Shown piece by piece: positions 52,350 to 64,000 of a DNA stretch of 64,000 bases. A program made the translations under genes and the position numbers. The stretch is taken from assembly GCA_964247055.1 (NCBI GenBank), contig OZ176054.1, positions 5,766,001-5,830,000 of the forward strand. Reading direction: 5' to 3'. Each line of letters begins with the position of its first letter. Positions within the stretch are counted from its first letter, which is position 1. The notes beneath the pieces were generated by a model. The model saw only the letters and a program-made list of their open reading frames with translations. It searched no databases and was not told where the DNA came from. Source of the stretch: Paragordius varius. Lineage: Eukaryota > Animalia > Nematomorpha.

Positions 52350-55300
52350 ATTTAGATATAATTTGATTATGTTTTTAGAATATAAACAGCGAAATTTCTT
52401 AAGGTTGCATAAATTAGCATAGTATGTAAAATATCAAATAAGTTAGCTGCAATATAGGCACTGTTATTTCTTGTAAGTGCTGCCTTGTATCAAAAAAATT
52501 TTTTTTCATGAGATAGCTTATGACCAGCGTATTCATTTTCCGCAAAAAATTTTATTTGTTGACAAACTAGTTTTTGAATATTGAGAGAAAATCGAAATCG
52601 GGCAAAAAGTGAAAATTAAGAATAATTAAGGATAATTCAAAAAGTAATGATAAAATTTGAGATATTATGGTTTATTATCATTTTAGGATATAGCCTAAAA
52701 TCTTATTGGGGTTTAAATAAAATTTTCGCTCAAAAGATCGTTTTTCTCTTAACACACTTAAAAGACAAAATTTTTAAAATGAAACTATATTAAAATAGTT
52801 TTTTCAATTATTTACTAGCTAAACTTACTACTAAAATCTTAACATTCGTAATTTATTCAGTAAAAAATTATATATCAAAATAAAACCAAAAATATTGTTT
52901 TTTATTTTTGCATTTTTTTGTCATCTGGTTTATGAGTGTATAAAAAATTTATACTGTTTTATTTTGGAATCTTACATGAGTGGGAATTAAGTATATAATA
53001 TATGCAAAATAGGATTTAAAAGTAGTGGAATATCAACCAATCCTTACAAATCCCTGTAGCAAGCCTGTTTTAGGACTAATTAATATTTTTATTATATTAA
53101 TTATTGCCAAATAGCATATACGACAAAGGGAAGTATTATTCACTTATAATTATTTTTTAACTTTTTACAATTATTAGCCAATAATATTTCTCTTTGCTAC
53201 ATACGCTGTTTGGCAATAATTAATGACTTTCTGGCAATGTATTATTACTCATACCGTAATATAATAAAATTTTTTATGTACAATAAATTACCGGTAAAAA
53301 AATTGGTTTAGGGCTTTTTTAATATGCTTTGGGCTCACCATCTGTAAAATACGCCTTATGTAAAAATAACATGCTTTGCAATTTTTCGCCATGATACTAT
53401 ATGAAATGGTTTTAAGCATTTTACAAGTAAAAGCGAAAACTAGTGGACCGCAACCCCTAACCAGGGCCTTATCCTACGTTAAATAAGCTAGGTATTTGTG
53501 CAAAAAATTATTTTCCAGCTCTTTTTTTAGATTAATGGGAACCCCACCTGATGTTAAAAATTTCCCCTATAAAAACAACGTAGCTCAGAGCAAATCAATA
53601 TATGAGTCCATATAATTAATTCATTTTTTAGGCTCCCTTATAAAATAATCTTGATTAAGTTACTCCTTTTAATGTGCCTCTATGTTTTCTCTTATGCTTA
53701 TATCAATATATAAGCATTATATTTGGAAAATAGTATCAATTCACTAATGATGGTGGGGACTAAGTCACAGCAACGCGTGACATGCCAATACTAGTATTAA
53801 ATAAATATTGATTTTAAAATCTGTTTCTTTAAATTGGACTTAGGCCATACCTATTTTCTGTATTTAATAACACGCCAACTTTTATTCTAAAAATAATTTC
53901 TGATTATCATATTTTAGCAAAAACCAATCCCAATATTTATCCGTCTATAAAAAAAAGATAAAAAAAGTAATAAAGTGTAATTATGAATATTAAGAGTTGT
54001 GCCCGTGGTTTTTTTATAATTTTAAGAGGCCTCATAAATATATAAGACAAAAATATCGATTAAATGGTGTTGGCTAATTGAATCAAAAGGAAAAGGTAAT
54101 AAAGTGTTGGCTATGATTATATAGATTTTGTATCCTTGTATTTCATAGACTTCATAAATTTATAATCGAAAAATTTATATTTTTAAATAATGCAGAGTAA
54201 TTTGACTAATTGGTCTGCCCTTTTCTTGTGCTGGAAAATATTTTAAATCATTTAATTTTTCAAATCCATTGTTATTTTTTATGTATGTCAAACCCAACAG
54301 AGGTATGTGAATTGACGTTGGGAATAGCTCCGCTCCGAGATGGAAGCAAAAACTGACATTAGGATAATTCCACCAACTTATTCCATACATTTCGATAATT
54401 AGGATTATTACTCATATATGGGAGGTAACAATACGTTTTCAAAAAACCTCTAGAGTTAAACCCCGTCGATTATCCAATTCTTAAAAACAGCAGTCAAAAA
54501 GTATCTATAATATTATTTCCAATCGTGATGGTGTCTCAAACATAATTTATTTTCATAGTAATTAATTAGGGTCAAAATGTTGTTATTTTGGTATTTTTAG
54601 ATAGGGAACCTCAGCTTTTATAAAATAACAAATAAGGCTTACGTTGCATATATAGGGTTAATAAACCAAAAAAACTGATTTGCCGATCAGTTTTACTGAA
54701 GAATTTACCCGTATATAAAGCTAATAAATAGAAAAACATTTACGTGCATTTATCCGTCAATTAAAGTATTTTTGACATTTTTTAGTGATTATGATGTGTT
54801 TATAATTTCATATAACTCCGCGTCGAAGCAAAACGTTCCATGAATCTTGATACATTTTTTATTGAAATATATACACATCATATTATTTGGAATCCTAATC
54901 TGTGCTCTGTACTGGGCCCCACATTTTTTTCGTTAAAATTTTATAATTTTTTACGCGGCATATCTAAGACATAGGGTGAGGCTCTATGCAACTTTTATTC
55001 CGAATTGCAAACAATTTTTGATTATTTTTTGTTAACACTACTTTTACAGAAGATGGGGCAAACCAAGCGGTAAATTAACAAAATTTCCCGACCATGTACG
55101 GCGCATTTTTATGATTAAAATACTGATTATTTAATTCGAATTAACCTACCTGTTACCTGGAATGCTTAAATTGCCCCATTTGAAATAAAATAATATATTT
55201 TAAAATATCATTGTGAGATAGTGCTTTCCTCAAAGAGCTCATTAAAATTACACTGAAAAACAAATTTTTCTGCCACTCGAGTTTTTTGTATTTTCTGCTA

Positions 55301-56873
55301 TTTATCATCATTTTAACAGTAAATCAGAAATAAATATTATAATTCCACCTAAGAATTTTGCATAATTTGATTTTTTCGATTATGCGCCCTCTCTATCAAA
55401 GTTTCGCTAAAAAATTAAATTATATAAGACCGTTTGTAATATATCATTCAAAAGAGTAATAAAAACTCTATAAAATAGTAACTATTATGTTTTACAACGA
55501 TTGTTATTATTGGACATAGGAAGCGACAAACCCGCGAAGCGAGAGCGTTTTTCTTATTATATTTTTAAAACTAATGGATGAAAATAGCTCAAACTTTGTC
55601 TAGATGACAACAATGAATATCCAAAAAATATTATTTAATGCTTTTATGTCATTCAAAACAGCCATTTTAAAGTTTTTCGTTTTTTAAAAAATTACCATCT
55701 CATCAATATTAAGTTATTTTTTTATGATGCTTATAATTTCGAAATTCAAAGACTAACGACAAAGTTTAAGGTGTTTTATTATTTTTGTAATAAATTTACA
55801 CTTATATCGATGCATTTTAGTATTCAGTAGTTAAATAATATTAATATTAATAATTTTTATTTTCAAAGATTTTTTATATTTTATACTAGTGTAACCCTAA
55901 TAATTATATTAAAATATTTATATGATTATTAAATTACTTAGTCTGTGGATATTTTTGACTTAGTTAAGAATTGAAAGTTTTGATGTATAATCCCAAATAA
56001 CTTTTACATCAAATTGATTTAAATAACTAACTACCATTCGAAAGATAGAGTTTTTTGCGCTCTTTCGAATGATAAAAATACATGGCTCTATATCTAAAAC
56101 TTTAAATTTTGAAATTCGAGTTATATGTCAAATCGGCAAAAATTATTGATAAACCCTTATAAAATTTTCCTAGATGTTAGACCAATTTTCTTTTCAGATT
56201 TACTATTTATCTACTTAAATAAAATAAATTTTAAATTTTCAAGAATGGCAGTTTAAAAAAGTCAAAATTCGTTGTCTAGTGTTAGTGATAAATAAGTTAC
56301 TCACAGGTATAATGGACTTTGAAGTGGTTTATTGTCACATGATAGGCTTAACTACACTGTGGTATTTTAAAGATATAAGATGTTTTATTTTCTAATATTG
56401 ACACTATTTAATTAGATTATTCATTGAGAAATCGAAATTCCGTAATATTGTTAAATCGGTAAATTTTTCCCGGATGCAATAAAACGTTGGCTAGGTGTAT
56501 TAGTAGTTTACATTTTATTAGTTATGCTGAGCTAATTTTTAAATTGTTGACATCAGGGATATAAATTAACCATCTATAGTTTGAAAGTATGTATTCTACT
56601 ATATCAGGATATATTTTTGGCAAAATGTCGACATTTCCAAGGTTAATAAAAGACGAAAAAAGTACCGTAACAAATATTGTAATGACCGGATAAACTGTCT
56701 GATAATATTGCTAAAAGGTAAATAAATGATTGAAGGATATATTTAAAAAAACAAAAATCTTTCGATTGCCAAAATCCGACATAAAAAATATATAAACGAT
56801 AGAAAAACCTCTAATAATCTATAATAAAAAATTTTCTCTTTTGACATCATTTATCCTTCAACTTGTTGTAAAA

Positions 56874-57551
56874 ATGATGAAAATAAATTGTTTTATCATT
56901 GTTTTCTTGCTGAGTTGCCTTTTCGTCGCCCAAATCTCAAGTCAAGCGACAAATGAAACTGATGGATCTGTAGCTAGTGCTGATACGCTCGGAAGACCAG
57001 GACCCTTTAATGTTAGACCGTGTTGGGAAGGGCCTTGTAATAGACTCGTATGTGCAAGGTGCTACACTAACTTTTTTGGATATCTCACCTCTCAATGTAA
57101 ATTTATCCATTATTTCCATATATCAATTTATATGTTATCAAACTATATATGACAATAGACATGTAAAATCAATTCTCTTTTAGCCATTTACTCTCCTAAC
57201 TGTAAATCATAAGTATTTTTGGAAAATTTTAATCGTTTAAAAAGAATGAAAAACTAAAAAACATTATTGAAACATTGATTTCGTAATATGTAATATATAT
57301 TTATTTGTGATATTGATAGGTTGCCCATCTTTCCCAAGTTATTGTCCAATATATCGTCGTTACATATACAGAAATTGTGTTTTCTGCAGTAAATCTTCTT
57401 ATTTTAATCTCTTAAAATATTTTTAACTATATCATTTTTGTTGCAGGATTCTTTAGAAGCGATGCGGCCAACGCCTTAGGGTAAATATTATTATTTATGA
57501 TAATTTTTTAGGAGTGATGAAAATTCTACCGATTCCAGCCTACCCATATAG
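56874..57551 (+). CDS. Orphan secreted cysteine-rich prepropeptide, 127 aa, five exons (56874-57096, 57184-57201, 57320-57388, 57447-57480, 57512-57551)
   Basis: All four introns start gtaaat and end ag, with compatible phases. Translation: MMKINCFIIVFLLSCLFVAQISSQATNETDGSVASADTLGRPGPFNVRPCWEGPCNRLVCARCYTNFFGYLTSQSIYSPNCCPSFPSYCPIYRRYIYRNCVFCRFFRSDAANALGSDENSTDSSLPI*. Hydrophobic N-terminus is signal-peptide-like. Confidence 0.8.
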
Positions 57552-57880
57552 TGATATGATTAACAATGCACACTCGTCAACTTTTGTTTCTTTTCCAACA
57601 TCAAATTAATATATTAATAATTCATAGATAAAAATTATTTATTTTAAAAATAAATAATATAATAAATTGTATTCATATAAATTTGGTATAAAATATTCCT
57701 GAATTTCACATAACATAAATAGATGATGACGATGATGTGATGATGAAAAAAACGGTTATAATTTTGTACTTAAAATTGACTAATTTATTTTGTGTTCCTT
57801 CGTTTTTGAGATTTATAAGATAATATGAGCGAATTCGTATCAAAACCCATAAATTATTTTTTGCTATGGTGAACACTAAT

Positions 57881-59173
57881 TTAATTGCGTTTGATACGCC
57901 GTAATCGAATATAACTTGCAAACCAAAATACGAATGTTATACCAGCAAGCGCTACATAATTCTTCCAAAGATCCCAAGGTTCAGAATGAGCTATTCCCTG
58001 ACTGTCTAAATATGCATCTCCAGTCGTACTATATAATCAAATTTAAAATAATTGTATATTACAATGTAATATTATAAAGACTGGATATGATTCCATGAAA
58101 AGTGACAAAAAAATCACGTAACTTTTATAGTTTTGATAAAAATGTATATTCATTAGAATAAATATGTTTAAACAATTTAAATTATCAATAAAATAATATT
58201 TTTATTTCCAAGTCAAGTTTATAAATATTGTCATATTTAATATAAGTTACCCTATTATGTGTGTGTATATAGATATTATGTACATAATTTTATTATACCA
58301 ATTATTTTGATTCATGGTGATGTTTGTGAGCATTATTTGTTTGTTGACTTTGCAAAATGTGAGACCTTTTAATTCATTGATCAAAAATGCCTATAGTGCA
58401 GCCATAAAAATATAAACGGGATTGACTTAAAACTAGATATAAATTATAAGGTAGTAGTTTACTTACGTTTAAGGCGTACATAAAGATACTAATATAACGA
58501 ATCCAACGTATAAGATAATGTAAGCTAGTAAGGTTGACAAAATAGCCACCAAAAGTCTGTATACATTAAAAAAAACAGGTAACATATACAAATATGTTAT
58601 ACAAATTATCGATAAAGTAATCATTTTACCATCATGAAAACAAAGAAAAGACTGCACATATTGTTTGCAACTGTCCCATTCTTAAACAGTGTACTCCCTA
58701 ACATAGCCACTGAGGTGGCAGAAGCCGAGAGCATAAACACAGTTAACATAAATATGAAGAAAGCTGATATCTCTGGCTTAAAACCTAAAATTAGCAAGTA
58801 GGATAAAAAATCCAATAAAAATACCAATCATCCAATATGCCACAGTGCTTAATATAATGATGGAAATGCTCTTCATAATAAGCAAATCTGCCATTATTTT
58901 GGCAATAAAGTAGACGGATACCCGGTAAAAACCATTACTCACTTCATATCTAAAGAAAAGAATATTATAGTCCAATGATAGCAGGTACATAAAAATTTAT
59001 ATAAAATTCGAATTACAGAGTATAACTTACAAAAAATTGGCTCTTTCCTGGATAAAGATATCAAGCACGGAAAGTGATATAAAAACTTCATTCATTAGAA
59101 TAAAATATAAAGCACCAGTTCTATAAAACAAAGAAAGATAAAAATAAAATTTAATATAAAACATCACATAAGT

Positions 59174-59224
<51 letters not shown>

Positions 59225-61250
59225 CTCTGTAATGTATTTGATTAGCTTCAAATTTTCTTTATTGTATCTATATCGTCCTAAACTTTTCTAAGTGATAAAC
59301 GGTCGCCTAAAAAATTATTTTCCCCTTATTATGTTACCACTATTTAAGTTATTTTTTTAATTATTTTAAATGAACATGAATAAAATTAATTTTTAATATT
59401 GATAAAAAATGCATATTAAATTTAGGTTAAAACTAGAAGTGAATAATTTCATCTTTAAAAAAAAATATCATTTATAAAAACGGATTAAAAAAATCATAAT
59501 ATGTAGCTGAATGTATAAAATAATGTGTTTTAGATTCTCTTTAGTTCATGATAAAAATTTTCCATACAATGAACGCAGATTATATTAATCCCTCCTCGCA
59601 TAATGTGCCTTTTAAGTAAAGCCGGATTACTAATTATTTTCCATTTTTATAAAGGGCCTATTAAAACCCCATATTCCTAGTGAGCATCATTAAATCTTCA
59701 CAATAAGCCAAAAAATATATTTAATCATTTTTTACATTTTTTTCCGCACCCTAGAATATAATATTTAATGAATTATTTTAAAAAGCATTTTAATCAAAAA
59801 ATGTAATTTTATATATTTTCAATAAAATGGTCATGATGCGGATATTAGCCCATGATTTTTTCCCAGAATCGGGCTCATTATGGGGGTGGGGAGACTTGGG
59901 CACATCATAAATTTATGATAAAAAAACGTTTACAACTTCTTTTATCTTAAACCAGCAAACAAAAAAAAGGATGAATATATAATTAATTTCATCATAAATG
60001 TTCTACGAAACAATGGTGCGTCATATCGAATGTGCGTGTTTATAACGCATCCCCCGGTAAAAAGTTAGAAATTATTTCTTAGAATCTATTATAAAATCCC
60101 TTTAAGCGGCATCGATTAACAGATAAACAATAACTATTTTTTGCTAAAATTTTCTTATAATATTAAATAGATAATTACCTATTTTGTATTCCGTATCGTA
60201 AAGATTTTCCCGTTCTAAAATATATACCCCCGAGGACAAATGAGTAAGCAAACATTATTATGGCCTAATAATTATATTACGTAAATAACAATACGTGTGA
60301 TATTATGATTTGAGGGTTCCTCACATAATTCGTCATTGTGCGCTTCGTAACAACACCTAACTAAAAGAAATAATTTAGCATGAAAATTTTAATTTAAACA
60401 TTACTTTTTTAAATCTAAAATAAATTAAAGCAAAAATTTTGACGGGGATTCTGACGCAATCAAATTTACATCATTAATATTTTATTGTTTTAAATTTTCA
60501 TCACGCAATAAAAGTATTAAGCGGCAAATTTAATATAAGATTTTGATCTTCTTTTTTTACATTTGGTTATGTTTATAACAAAAATCGGCTAAATCATTAA
60601 AAAAGTATTGTAATTTTTTTTAAAAAACAATACAAAGTATACATTTTCGATCTCTAATTAAGTTTCAGAAAAATGCAAATATATAAAATAAATACCTGAT
60701 GAAAAAAGGTGGTTCGGAAGTTTGATTTATTAGTATTGCATGAATTTAATTGTTGCATAACTTGTCTAATTTTGTGTTTTTTATTAGCGACCCCATTTTG
60801 ACGTGGCAAAGAATTATGTTTTGAGCCATTCAAAAATAGGACAGCATCATTTGAATTATCAATTGTTTGAGCATTATTGCTGGTGCGTAATTGTTTAAGA
60901 GATATATCGGATTTATGATGAGATTTATCGGAAGGGATCATATCACGATTTACGCAATCTATCACCTATGTGCATATTTAATTATGGATTCATAAAATTA
61001 TAATTATGAACGAAGAGTGAAATATATAATTTTTAATAACCAGTATAAATGCTTAATAAAAAATATTTACATTAAAAAACTTTAAAAATTTTAGTCCAGT
61101 TTATTGAATAAATTATGCCATACTTTGTAAAATTGTATTTTTTTTGCAGAATACAAATAATAAACTTAAATTGTGGGAGGCCTTAAATTATGGTGTAGAA
61201 TTTTTATTTTCCTAAGTTAAACGACACAATATATGATTGCGTTAACAAAG

Positions 61251-61290
<40 letters not shown>

Positions 61291-63970
61291 TTGATCCGAT
61301 CGAAACAAATATTTAAAATTAAAACCGAAAAATACTTATACAATTTTTCCTCCCATATTATCCATATTCTATATAGAATACAGCCAAATACAAAAATATA
61401 AGTTATTTTAAGAATAATTATTCATTATCAACAGCGAAATTTATTTAGTTATATGCAATAAAATAAGACGAATGTACCTTAGTATAGTATTCAGATTGTT
61501 GATAACCTTCAACTAAATCAGTCTTTTTGGCCCTGTTTGCAACATAGTTATGGACATTATTTTCATTATCCAGATCATTATCGTCATTGGAAGGTTCATC
61601 AGCGTAATCCCGATCAATTTTACACTCTTATATGGTTAAAAAATGAATTTAATTAGGCATCTAATTATTATTTTTAGAATACGTGTATTTAAATTATGTC
61701 TCTCTTACAAAGTAGCAGACACAACATATCTATATTTCTAGAAATGGTTTGTGGCACAATAAAAACATATTAATATATGTGGTAAAAAATAAGTCGGTTA
61801 CATTTTTTTTGCATAAAATATGTTAGTTTAAATTATATATTATTTTAACACAACGTTTGCTAAAAATATATTACAGGTGAAAAAGAGAAGGTAATTTAAA
61901 ACAAAATTATATTAAATAAAAAATTGTGTTTTGTCCAAATTATCACCAATTATCAAGGTCAAGGTTATCATATCGAAATACTAACAATTAAAGATTTAGA
62001 TGGTTGTCAAAAATATGGCGAAATTCCAAAATTAAAGTATATTGAAAACTCAAAACTACAACAATAATAATTTATATAAAAAATATGAATCCATTACTAA
62101 ATATAAACTAACCTGCAAAATTTTCTTCAATAATATCTAGAAAAAAATCTGCCGGATTCTCATGGATACCACATTCATAACCTATAAATATTATTTTAAA
62201 AAATTATGATGAAACAGAAAATGGCATAATTAGAATACCGTATTTTTTAAAAAATATTAATATTTAGATACAATATGACCCTCAAATAGTATATAGGTTA
62301 AATATATTTTTTTGCGATTTAGAATCAAATAATATTATGGGTGGAAAAAATGATATCATTTTATTTTTTAATTTATATAATCATCTAAATATATATAACA
62401 CATTGAATTTTAATATGCACACTATTATACGCTTATATACAATAGGCCAACAACCAAAAATTAACAATAAAAATACGTTTAAATATGCATGTTTTACCTA
62501 AATTTTGAAAGTAATTTAAGGCATCGTTGGGCGGGCCTTGATATACGACGTTTCCTTCGGAAAGCAAAAGTAATTTGTCAAAAAGTTTAAATATGCCATA
62601 TCTCGGTTGATGAATAGACATAATTACGGTACATCCTTTTCGAGCAAGTCTGATTTTGCACAATGAAAACAAATAAAGTTTAAAAAATAATGAGGAATTT
62701 CAGTTTGCCTTATATTATCTTTTAAAATTTTCGTTTATAAATGTCAGCCCATATATTGGTAAACATTTGTTAATCCCATTTTATTTTATCCCTAATTTTG
62801 CGGTTTCTAACAACCCATTAACAATTATTTTAAATACCTAAAGTACAAATGGATGCCGGAATTCAACACATGATATATATGCATATTTTATCTAAACAAC
62901 TAATCATTTTTCGATATTTTGAATCAAAAAAATTAAATATTCCTAAACTTACACATAATATATTAAAAAGTTTAAATTGTTGTTAACAAAAATGTATGTA
63001 CCGTTTTAAAAGTATGGTGACATTTATGGCAGTAGATGCATCCAGTCCACTAGTTGGTTCATCTAAAAATAAAACCTTGGGATTCGTTACAAGCTCCATT
63101 GCTATTGAACAACGTCGTTTTTGTCCCCCCGAAATACCGTGGGAATAATTACTCCCTACCTATAAAAAAATTTATGATTAATAAAAAATTTTTTTTATCT
63201 AAAATTCAGTTTTAAGGCGCATAAATAGATTTCAAAAGTGAATCTATAAAAAATAGATGCCTTATACACTATATAAGGCACATATTTTTTAAAATTTATT
63301 TTATATTATATGTATTAAAGTTTATATGTAATGAATATCTTAAATCCAGCGTAATTCTATAATTTTTAATAGTTACAATTAATTGAAAGTTAAAAAATGT
63401 AAAATACCCTTGTATTAGCACATTTATTAAGTTTTAATTCATTGATTATAGTTTCAACTTTATTGACACGTTCTTTGTTGGTGGCAGCAAGTCGCAGCGA
63501 GGCAGAAAACATAATATTTTCTTTCACAGTCATAGTAGCGACCAAAATATTTTCCTATCATTAAAATAAAAGATGTTTAATTTTAAAATTTGATATAGGC
63601 ATACTTTATTTCAAAATTTTACCTGAACAACATATCCGCTAAGATTTTTAAAATTGTGAGACACTGGTTGATTATTAAAATATATGTCGCCTTTGACCTT
63701 TCCAGATACAATGTTTCTTGAAGATAAAAGATTTAGCAACCTATAATAAAGATAGTTAAAATATATGGTAAAAGAGAAAGGAATAAAGAATTATACGAAG
63801 ATTTTCCCGATCCACTGGGGCCCATAATTGCATTAACACCTTCGTGGAAGCAACCCCTATATTTTAAGAGTATATTACGTCACATTTTTTAGTATATAAA
63901 GTGGTTTCTTGTGAATACGTTTGACAAATAATTCAATATTAGAAAAGGAAAGGGTATTGTTGCTCTCCAT
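57881..63970 (-). CDS. ABCG2: ABC transporter subfamily G half-transporter (ABCG2/BCRP-like), multi-exon
   Basis: ATG at 63970 ([15 protein letters not shown]..); Walker [16 protein letters not shown]; signature [36 protein letters not shown]; [16 protein letters not shown]; [12 protein letters not shown]-like segment; TM region GIQNR|[25 protein letters not shown]; C-terminus [25 protein letters not shown] with stop at 57881-57883. Confidence 0.92.
59178..59217. repeat. (TA)n microsatellite in an ABCG2 intron
   Basis: Direct reading. Confidence 0.95.
61253..61286. repeat. (TA)n microsatellite in an ABCG2 intron
   Basis: Direct reading. Confidence 0.95.
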
Positions 63971-64000
63971 AACAGGTGTTTTTGCGAAATTACTAAAAAC

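Noticed and set aside
50845-53796. ACTAG..TGTCACGC motifs at 50847 and, inverted, at about 53765-53795 suggesting one Helitron-like or TIR element
   Set aside because: The span would cross the end of the hAT at 52349, which is inconsistent with simple nesting; boundaries and class are unsupported.

Overview
Very AT-rich eukaryotic DNA, almost certainly from an animal with a compact genome. Genes are broken by many ultra-short (21-31 nt) spliceosomal introns, which is why the ORF track is fragmented. Intron sizes resemble those reported for parasitic lineages such as dicyemids, orthonectids or myxozoans, but the taxon cannot be fixed from sequence alone. Gene order: a divergent cytoplasmic dynein-2 heavy chain (DYNC2H1-like, minus strand, runs off the left edge), WDR6 (-), a transposon block (piggyBac-type MITEs, Penelope-like element, a hAT with an exact 8-bp TSD), HDAC3 (+), a roughly 13-finger C2H2/AT-hook protein (-), a second transposon block (nested piggyBac-type MITE array, RTE LINE, hAT remnants), a small secreted Cys-rich prepropeptide gene (+) and ABCG2 (-). 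Most striking observations: (1) a 3.6-kb foldback element with TA|CAGT termini, about 1.4/1.6-kb arms, internal tandem units carrying splice-site-like signals and a head-to-head pair of gene-like segments at its centre, inside a dynein intron; (2) two split C2H2 fingers, one interrupted by a phase-symmetric three-exon 208-codon cassette; (3) an orphan cationic 9-Cys secreted peptide with acidic pro-regions; (4) a dynein-2 that keeps AAA1 motifs but appears to have lost the AAA3/AAA4 P-loops and its N-terminus. All gene models were spliced by eye and all homology calls are from recalled family motifs; no searches were run.
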